Assembly (NCBI GenBank): GCA_022448165.1 | Contig: JAKVAS010000001.1 | Span: 40,913-104,912, forward strand | DNA from: Crocinitomicaceae bacterium | GTDB taxonomy: Bacteria > Bacteroidota > Bacteroidia > Flavobacteriales_D > Crocinitomicaceae | DNA: 64,000 nt | Direction of reading: 5' to 3' | Shown here: one piece after another, positions 57,742 to 64,000 of the stretch | Numbering within the stretch: position 1 is the stretch's first letter | Layout: each line of letters opens with the position of its first letter | The notes under the pieces: generated by a model | The model's database searches: none | Seen by the model: only the letters and a program-made list of their open reading frames with translations | Told to the model about the DNA's origin: nothing | Translations under genes and position numbers: made by a program

Positions 57742-59130
57742 ATGGGTTGTACCAGTTGCGGAAGTGGAGGAGGAACTCCAGGCGGATGTAAAAACAATGG
57801 TACTTGTAGTTCTGGTGGATGTAATAAATTGGAGGTCTACGATTGGTTGGCGAATATGGAGCCACCAAGTGGACAATCTCCTTACGATATAGTTGAAGTT
57901 CGGTTTAAAAATAGCCGAAAAGGATTTTATAGAAACACAAAAGGAGAAACCTTTCAAGTTGGTGATGTTATTGTCGTTGAAGGTGGTCCTGGTCAGGATA
58001 TAGGTGTTGTTTCAGTCGTTGGTGAACTCGCTAGAATTCAAGTAAAAAAGAAAGCTCCAGGATTTAAATCCATGGAGGCAAGGAAGATATATAGAAAGGC
58101 AGAACAAGATGACATCGATCGCTGGATTAAGGCGAGATCACTCGAAAAAGAGGTTATGTATCGAGCAAGAACGCTCGCGTTGAACCTTAAACTTCAAATG
58201 AAGATTTCTGATGTCGAATACCAAGGAGATTTATCAAAAGCGACTTTCTTCTATACGGCTGATGAGCGTGTAGACTTTCGACAATTAATTAAAGACTTAG
58301 CAGACGCGTTTAAAGTACGCATTGAAATGCGTCAAATTGGTGCTCGTCAGGAGGCAGCCCGTCTTGGAGGAATCGGATCTTGCGGACGCGAATTATGTTG
58401 TTCAACTTGGTTAACTGATTTCAGGTCTGTTTCAACTTCAGCTGCTCGTTATCAACAATTATCGCTAAATCCGCAAAAATTAGCAGGACAATGCGGTAAA
58501 CTAAAATGTTGCTTGAATTACGAGCTTGATATGTATTTGGATGCGATGAAAGCATTTCCAAAGGGTGATGTTCGTTTAAGAACAAAGAAAGGTACTGCAA
58601 ACCACATTAAGACTGATGTTTTTAAACAGGAAATGTGGTATGCTTATGAAGGTGAAGCAGGTATTGGTTCAGGGTTAATTGCATTGCACCCAGACAGGGT
58701 GCGTGAAATTATTCGCATGAATAGGAAAGATGAAAAACCAGGAGATTTAACCGAGTTTGTTAAAGAGGAAGTTATAATTGAGGAGCCAGACTATAATAAT
58801 GTGGTTGGACAAGATAGTTTAAATCGATTTGAACACATCTTTAAGAAAAAACGTAATAAAAAGCGACCTCAAGGAAATCGAAAAGGAGGAAATCGAAATA
58901 AGCCTCAAGGGAAAAAGGACGAGCCTTCTAGAAAACAACAAAATACAAAGCAAAAGCCGAAAGCAAAACATAAACCACAGAATGCGCGTAAGAATAAGCC
59001 TAAAATGAGCAAAGAGGGCGGTGGAGAGAATAAGCCAAAAACGAGCAATAAACAAAGAAACAACCGTAATAATAATCAGCGTAAAAAGACGCAAGGAAAT
59101 AACACGAAACCGAATGCTCCGAAAGAATAG
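57742..59130 (+). CDS. PSP1-domain protein (RicT/YaaT-like) with a Cys/Gly-rich N-terminus and a ~100-aa highly basic tail
   Basis: PSP1 core (KATFFYTADERVDFRQLIKDLA..FKVRIEMRQIG.R), Cys motifs GSCGRELCC and GQCGKLKCC, and a C-terminal K/R/N/Q-rich tail. Confidence 0.8.
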   Translation: MGCTSCGSGGGTPGGCKNNGTCSSGGCNKLEVYDWLANMEPPSGQSPYDIVEVRFKNSRKGFYRNTKGETFQVGDVIVVEGGPGQDIGVVSVVGELARIQVKKKAPGFKSMEARKIYRKAEQDDIDRWIKARSLEKEVMYRARTLALNLKLQMKISDVEYQGDLSKATFFYTADERVDFRQLIKDLADAFKVRIEMRQIGARQEAARLGGIGSCGRELCCSTWLTDFRSVSTSAARYQQLSLNPQKLAGQCGKLKCCLNYELDMYLDAMKAFPKGDVRLRTKKGTANHIKTDVFKQEMWYAYEGEAGIGSGLIALHPDRVREIIRMNRKDEKPGDLTEFVKEEVIIEEPDYNNVVGQDSLNRFEHIFKKKRNKKRPQGNRKGGNRNKPQGKKDEPSRKQQNTKQKPKAKHKPQNARKNKPKMSKEGGGENKPKTSNKQRNNRNNNQRKKTQGNNTKPNAPKE

Positions 59131-59587
59131 TTTGTGGATATTATTGGTGTGTGCCGTACTTTTTTCATGCGGAGAACAACCTCATTTTGAAAAAGCGTTT
59201 TCTTTTAAATCAAGGAAGTGGACTCAAGATGTAAAACCAGTATATGAAATAGAGATTGATGACGTTACAACGGAATATGATTTTACACTTTCTTTGAGAA
59301 CTTCAACGGATTATAAGTATAGTAATTTGTGGGTGTTTATGAAAACGGAAACACCAGATGGAACGATTGCACGAGAACCTTTTGAAATAAAAATCACCAA
59401 TCCAGATGGCTCTTGGATTGGTGATAAATCTGGTTCGATGGTGACAACATCCTTGTACTTTAAAAGTAGGCACCTTCCGATCAAAGGAAAATATACGTTT
59501 ACATTAGAACAAGGGATTACAGCATCGAAAATAGATGAGGTTCATGACTTAATTTTCCGTGTTGAAAAAACAAAGAAAAAGTCTTAG
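59114..59587 (+). CDS. gldH: Gliding-motility-associated lipoprotein GldH-like
   Basis: Start at MLRKNSLWILLVCAVLFSC (lipobox), which overlaps the PSP1 gene end by 17 nt. It has a YSNLWVF motif, and the holB-PSP1-gldH gene order is as I recall it from other Bacteroidetes. Confidence 0.6.
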   Translation: MLRKNSLWILLVCAVLFSCGEQPHFEKAFSFKSRKWTQDVKPVYEIEIDDVTTEYDFTLSLRTSTDYKYSNLWVFMKTETPDGTIAREPFEIKITNPDGSWIGDKSGSMVTTSLYFKSRHLPIKGKYTFTLEQGITASKIDEVHDLIFRVEKTKKKS

Positions 59588-59597
59588 AATCAACGCC

Positions 59598-60257
59598 TTA
59601 TAATGAATATCTATAAGATAAAGCGATTACATGCCTTATATTTTTATCAAAACTCATAAATCGCTTATCTAGCTGATACTTAGCTGATAAACGTTGTTTT
59701 TTAGCAACTTTAACACTTGCACCAATAGCTAAACGCATTTTTGATAAACTTGGCCCTGATGCACTAAAAGCAGGATCATAAAAAAGCTCGTAAGTCGCTA
59801 AAGGGGTTATTGGGTTTTTCTTGATGTTATATTTTACCCCAAACCTTAATCTAATTGCTTGATCAAAGTCCGGATTGAAGTTTTCTACCGAACCCCTGTT
59901 AAAAGCATATTGATAACGTAATCGACTTGAGATGTTAAAACGATCAACCTCTGCCTTAAAGTTTGCATTGAAGTTAAGACGATGCATGGCAGAAAAATTT
60001 GTGTATTTATCTTGATCTAGAATAAAACGATATTCTACAGATGGGCGAAACCATTTCTGAAGCTTATATTCTAAACCAACCTGAGGGAAAAAAGTGTTCA
60101 CACCACGATTTCCAAATCGAGTGCTAACTGATCCAGACCAACTAAGGTCAGAAATAACATCTCCGTCAGCAGATACTTTTGTCCATGTTTCAAATTCATG
60201 TTGACCAAAAGTATGAGCGCTAAATGCAATAGCGAAAAAACAAATTAAAATACGCAT
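59598..60257 (-). CDS. Outer-membrane beta-barrel protein (DUF2490-like)
   Basis: Signal peptide, alternating strands rich in Y/R/F, and a C-terminal SYRYSL; 219 aa. Confidence 0.55.
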   Translation of the reverse strand: MRILICFFAIAFSAHTFGQHEFETWTKVSADGDVISDLSWSGSVSTRFGNRGVNTFFPQVGLEYKLQKWFRPSVEYRFILDQDKYTNFSAMHRLNFNANFKAEVDRFNISSRLRYQYAFNRGSVENFNPDFDQAIRLRFGVKYNIKKNPITPLATYELFYDPAFSASGPSLSKMRLAIGASVKVAKKQRLSAKYQLDKRFMSFDKNIRHVIALSYRYSL

Positions 60258-60260
60258 ACT

Positions 60261-60656
60261 CTAATCGCGAATATTAATTACTCCAAGATCAATAGTTGAT
60301 TTATCATCCGTGATTTCAACTGTCTTGATGATTACATTTTTCCCACTTTCACACGTAGGACAATCTTCATATACAAAGAATTTATATGTTCCTTTCTGTA
60401 AATACTTGAATTCAAAAGTACCATCATAGGATGTTCTAACATCGTCATCATAAAAAGTATCATCCTCTCCATAAATGAGGTAAACACGTTCATCAAGACC
60501 GTCATATTCATTGATTAAATTATTTGCTGCATCGAAGACTTGAACATAGATTTTTCCTGTAATAGTAGATGATCCACCAGGACCTTCAACTTTTTTACAA
60601 GAAGTCATTGTGAGCGTAATAGCGCATGCGGAAAGAAAAAAGAGAATTCGTTTCAT
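60261..60656 (-). CDS. Small lipoprotein with a carboxypeptidase-regulatory-like beta-sandwich
   Basis: Lipobox MTSC and ITGKIYVQV...GTFEFKYLQKGTYKFFV. It lies 3 nt upstream of the barrel gene. Confidence 0.5.
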   Translation of the reverse strand: MKRILFFLSACAITLTMTSCKKVEGPGGSSTITGKIYVQVFDAANNLINEYDGLDERVYLIYGEDDTFYDDDVRTSYDGTFEFKYLQKGTYKFFVYEDCPTCESGKNVIIKTVEITDDKSTIDLGVINIRD

Positions 60657-60785
60657 AATAGTTTTAATATAATTTTAACAAAATAAACCCAATGGAAGAT
60701 TGTTTGCATTGGGAATGCAACCAAAGGGTAAAAACAACGTCTCTAAGTTAGATATTTATTAACAAGTTGTTAACAAAAGAGGAAA

Positions 60786-60793
60786 TATTTTTG
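60786..60793 (+). promoter_or_regulatory. Candidate -7 promoter box (TATTTTTG) for the CotH-family gene
   Basis: Exact TAnnTTTG match 55 nt upstream of the ATG at 60848. Confidence 0.35.
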
Positions 60794-60847
60794 TAATATT
60801 GAACACATATCCTCAACACAGCGATACTACATTTAATAGTATTTTTT

Positions 60848-63800
60848 ATGAATTTAACTAGATTTTGTATTTTAACGACACTATTTTTGTGCGCGTTTAA
60901 ACCACTTCATTCTCAGGTAATTATTAATGAATATTCATGTTCGAACATGAATGGAATTACGGATGCTTTTGGAGAAACTGAAGATTGGATTGAATTATAC
61001 AACACTTCAGCAACAGCATTTGATCTTACAGGCTATTACTTGTCAGATAAGTCAGGAAATCTTACGAAATGGCAAATTCCGAGTGGCTCTGTACCCGGAA
61101 ATGGTTATTTGTTAGTAATGTGTTCTGGCCGAGATCTTGTATCAGGAAATGAATTACATCCAAATTTCAATTTAAAACAAACGAGGGGCGAGTGGATAGT
61201 GCTTACAAGTGACATTGGTAATGTAATCGATTCTTTAAAAATTGTTAACCTTACAAAACAAGATCATTCCGTTGGGCGTTCAACAGATGCCGCGCCTGAC
61301 TGGAAATTGTTTATGACTCCCACACCAGGGGCGCCGAATGCAGGAGCGTCTGACTTTTATGTACCAAGGGCTGTCATGGACTTAGCGCCCGGCTTTTATG
61401 TAGGAGCTCAAACAGTGACTATAACTTGTGCTAATCCAGCGGCAACTATTCGTTATACTTTAGACGGTTCAACACCAGATAACACTTCCACAGTTTATAC
61501 AGGACCACTTAATATTAATGCAACGACAGTTGTTAGAACAGCGGCCTTTGATGGTGTAAACCCCCCAAGCTTTACTTCTACGAACACTTATTTTATTGAT
61601 GTAACCCATACAATGTCCGTAGTATCTGTTTGTAGTGACGAGGTATTTGACCTTGTGGCAAATGGAAACCAAGGCGGTGGCTGGGGTGGAGGTTCTGCTA
61701 ATGTAGTTGGAGCTTTTGAACTTTTTGAAGATGATGGAACTTTCATAGATGAAGGAGAAGGAGACTTTAATAAACACGGAAACGACTCCTGGGCGTATGA
61801 TCAAAGGGGGTTTGATTTTATTATGAGGGACCAATTTGGACACAATTCAGATTTACGCCACCAAATATTTCCAGAAAAAACACGTGATGAATTTCAGCGT
61901 GTAATGTTAAAGCCTGGAGCAAGTGATAATTACCCGTTTGAAAATGGAGGAGCGCATATTCGCGATGCTTTTGTGCATACATTATCATTGAAATCTGATA
62001 TGTTGTTAGATGTAAGAACATGGAGGCCAGCAGTTGTGTATTTGAATGGCCAGTATTGGGGTGTATATGAGATTCGTGAGAAAGCGGATGACCACGATTT
62101 TACAAAGTACTATTATCAGCAGAATAAGTATAATCTACAATATTTAAAAACTTGGGGTGGAACTTGGATGGATTATGGCGCTCCAAATGCTCAACCAGAT
62201 TGGGATAACCTAGTGAACTTTATTTTAAATAATAACATGGCTCCAGGTCCAGACTTTACTTATGTTCAATCTCAGTTAAAATGGAAATCGTTATGTGACT
62301 ATTTTATGTTTAATTCTTACGTGGTAAATCAGGATTGGTTGAACTGGAACACGGCATGGTGGAGAGGTATGGATCCTGCTGGACAGAAAAAGAAGTGGAG
62401 GTATACACTTTGGGACATGGACGCAACATTTGGACATTATATTAACTATACAGGGATTCCAGACCCTACTGCAAATGCTGACCCGTGTAACGCTGAGAAC
62501 CTTCCAGACCCAGGAGGTCAAGGACACACTGCAATTTTAACAAAACTGATTAATGAAAACCCTGCCGTTGAGCAATATTATATAACACGTTATATTGATT
62601 TGGTAAATACAACATTTTCATGTGACTATATGAATAACTTATTAGATAGCATGATAAATGAGTTAACACCGGAAATGACAGGACAAGTAAATCGATGGGG
62701 TGGCTCTCTTGCTGGATGGCAAGCCAATGTTCAAGCTATGAGGGATTTTATTGATGCTCGATGTTTAGCGCTTGAACAAGGTTTAATAGATTGCTATAAT
62801 TTAACAGGTCCTTTTAATGTAACTTTTGATGTGAACCCAGTAAATTCAGGTCAGATTAAAGTAAACTCTGTTTGGGCTCCAGTTTATCCTTGGGCAACAA
62901 CTTATTACGGAGGAATATCTACATTGACAATTGCTCAGCCTGAACCAGGGTTTATGTTCGATCACTGGGAGTACACAGTTGGACCAATGGTTAATGCAGA
63001 TACAGAAGATACGAATGCAATAGAGATTAACTTACCGGAAGATATCGTGGCGGTATTTATTCCTGAGAACCCAGATATTGATGGCGATGGAATTACCAAT
63101 GACGATGAAACAAATATTTATGGAACAGATCCAACAAACCCAGATACGGACGGTGATGGAATTGATGATGGTGTAGAAATTGGAAATGGTTCTGACCCTC
63201 TGGATCCATGTGACCCTGATACAAATTCGCCGAATTGTGATTCAGATGGTGATGGTTTATTTAATGTTGATGAAATAAATACGCATGGTACAGATCCTTT
63301 TAATCCAGACACAGATGGTGATGGGTTTGATGATAATAATGAGGTAACCAATGGAACAAACCCATTAGACCCATGTGATCCTGATGATTCAGACCCAGCA
63401 TGTCAAATCGACACTGATGGAGATGGGTTGACAGATGCTCAGGAAGGTGTTTTGGGAACGGATCCGAATAATCCAGATACGGATGGAGATGGAATTTCTG
63501 ATGGAACAGAAGTTGCTGATGGATCAGACCCTCTGGATGAGTGTGACCCGAATGCAAATGGAATTGAGTGTGCTCTTGGAATTCATGTTCCAACAGGGTT
63601 CTCGCCAAATGGAGATGGAAAACATGACACGTATTCAATCATTGTGGGGAAGGATATTTTGAGCTTTAAATTCCATGTGTATGATCGTTGGGGTAACAGA
63701 ATGTTTATCTCAAGTGCAAAAGGATTTGAGTGGGATGGGACGTACAAAGGAAAAGAATTAAATGCAGGGGTATATGCTTATATGCTTGAGGTGACCTATG

Positions 63801-63850
63801 AGAATGGAACTGGAGAGATGAGAACAGGAAATATCACATTAATCAAGTAA
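60848..63850 (+). CDS. Secreted CotH-kinase-family protein with a lamin-tail domain, thrombospondin type-3-like Ca-binding repeats and a T9SS type B sorting domain
   Basis: An LTD-like N-terminus (VIINEYS...EDWIELYN), a CHB_HEX_C-like ATIRYTLDGSTP, a CotH core (RDAFVHTL...YLNGQYWGVYEIREK), six DxDGDGxxDxxE units and a C-terminus FSPNGDGKHDTY...WDGTYKG..L..GVYAYM. Confidence 0.8.
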   Translation: MNLTRFCILTTLFLCAFKPLHSQVIINEYSCSNMNGITDAFGETEDWIELYNTSATAFDLTGYYLSDKSGNLTKWQIPSGSVPGNGYLLVMCSGRDLVSGNELHPNFNLKQTRGEWIVLTSDIGNVIDSLKIVNLTKQDHSVGRSTDAAPDWKLFMTPTPGAPNAGASDFYVPRAVMDLAPGFYVGAQTVTITCANPAATIRYTLDGSTPDNTSTVYTGPLNINATTVVRTAAFDGVNPPSFTSTNTYFIDVTHTMSVVSVCSDEVFDLVANGNQGGGWGGGSANVVGAFELFEDDGTFIDEGEGDFNKHGNDSWAYDQRGFDFIMRDQFGHNSDLRHQIFPEKTRDEFQRVMLKPGASDNYPFENGGAHIRDAFVHTLSLKSDMLLDVRTWRPAVVYLNGQYWGVYEIREKADDHDFTKYYYQQNKYNLQYLKTWGGTWMDYGAPNAQPDWDNLVNFILNNNMAPGPDFTYVQSQLKWKSLCDYFMFNSYVVNQDWLNWNTAWWRGMDPAGQKKKWRYTLWDMDATFGHYINYTGIPDPTANADPCNAENLPDPGGQGHTAILTKLINENPAVEQYYITRYIDLVNTTFSCDYMNNLLDSMINELTPEMTGQVNRWGGSLAGWQANVQAMRDFIDARCLALEQGLIDCYNLTGPFNVTFDVNPVNSGQIKVNSVWAPVYPWATTYYGGISTLTIAQPEPGFMFDHWEYTVGPMVNADTEDTNAIEINLPEDIVAVFIPENPDIDGDGITNDDETNIYGTDPTNPDTDGDGIDDGVEIGNGSDPLDPCDPDTNSPNCDSDGDGLFNVDEINTHGTDPFNPDTDGDGFDDNNEVTNGTNPLDPCDPDDSDPACQIDTDGDGLTDAQEGVLGTDPNNPDTDGDGISDGTEVADGSDPLDECDPNANGIECALGIHVPTGFSPNGDGKHDTYSIIVGKDILSFKFHVYDRWGNRMFISSAKGFEWDGTYKGKELNAGVYAYMLEVTYENGTGEMRTGNITLIK
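63074..63575 (+). repeat. Three tandem ~45-codon super-repeats inside the CotH-family gene, each containing two DxDGDG calcium-binding loops and a DPLDPCDP motif
   Basis: The protein reads DIDGDGITNDDE..NPDTDGDGIDDGVE..DPLDPCDP, then DSDGDGLFNVDE..NPDTDGDGFDDNNE..NPLDPCDP, then DTDGDGLTDAQE..NPDTDGDGISDGTE..DPLDECDP. Confidence 0.85.
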
Positions 63851-63851
63851 T

Positions 63852-64000
63852 ATGAAAAGACTCTTAATGATAATTGGACTTCTTGTGCTGCAAACTAGTG
63901 TAGCGCAAGATCTCCATTTTGCGCAAACGGCACAAACACCGTTGTTTGTTAATCCAGCAGTGGCGGGTGTTTTTGATGGTTGGGAAAGAGTCATTATTAA
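63852..64000 (+). CDS. PorP/SprF-family T9SS membrane protein, N-terminal fragment (runs off the right edge)
   Basis: My translation is MKRLLMIIGLLVLQTSVAQDLHFAQTAQTPLFVNPAVAGVFDGWERVII. The QD.HF(S/A)Q....P...NPA..G signature is typical of PorP/SprF. The start is 2 nt after the upstream stop. Confidence 0.7.
   Translation, partial: MKRLLMIIGLLVLQTSVAQDLHFAQTAQTPLFVNPAVAGVFDGWERVII

Noticed and set aside
1-64000. CRISPR arrays, transposases or IS elements, integrases, prophage genes, and toxin-antitoxin or recognisable defence systems (restriction-modification, CBASS, retrons, Gabija and similar)
   Set aside because: None of the translated ORFs shows the corresponding motifs, and no direct-repeat/spacer arrays or terminal inverted repeats flanking a transposase-like ORF were seen. 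The window reads as core chromosome with envelope and signalling genes.

Overview
This AT-rich 64-kb window looks like chromosomal DNA from a Bacteroidota organism, probably Flavobacteriia-like. The supporting signs are type A and type B T9SS sorting domains, a GldH-like lipoprotein, a PorP/SprF N-terminus, a b558-type SdhC, TAnnTTTG -7 promoter boxes and no Shine-Dalgarno dependence. About 57 protein genes and one tRNA-Cys are supportable. Most are housekeeping genes: mnmE, tadA, sdhCAB, ispG (long form), mnmG, ybeY, gltX, folB, rpiB, rnr, ferritin and holB. Envelope, secretion and signalling genes are interleaved with them. I found no rRNA, CRISPR array, transposase, integrase, phage gene or recognisable defence system. 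No single locus stands out clearly as a new system. The candidates most worth a second look are: (1) a tightly coupled lipoprotein / TonB-dependent receptor / YfiR(DUF4154)-fused histidine kinase / stand-alone receiver operon (27391-32705); (2) a 1291-aa protein fusing a periplasmic Reg_prop/Y_Y_Y sensor to a class III adenylate cyclase and an HD domain (48312-52187), with a paralogous stand-alone HD protein next to a Crp/Fnr regulator at 1472-2770; (3) an ECF sigma factor whose overlapping single-pass partner ends in a T9SS type B sorting domain (36581-38006); (4) two unusually long, ORF-free, G-depleted noncoding regions (18121-19024 and 39747-40450) carrying perfect palindromes, repeated GTTTCACGTGAAAC motifs and DnaA-box-like 9-mers; (5) a T9SS-targeted CotH-kinase-family protein with thrombospondin-type calcium repeats followed by PorP/SprF (60848-64000). 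All family assignments come from motif recognition by eye, not from database searches.
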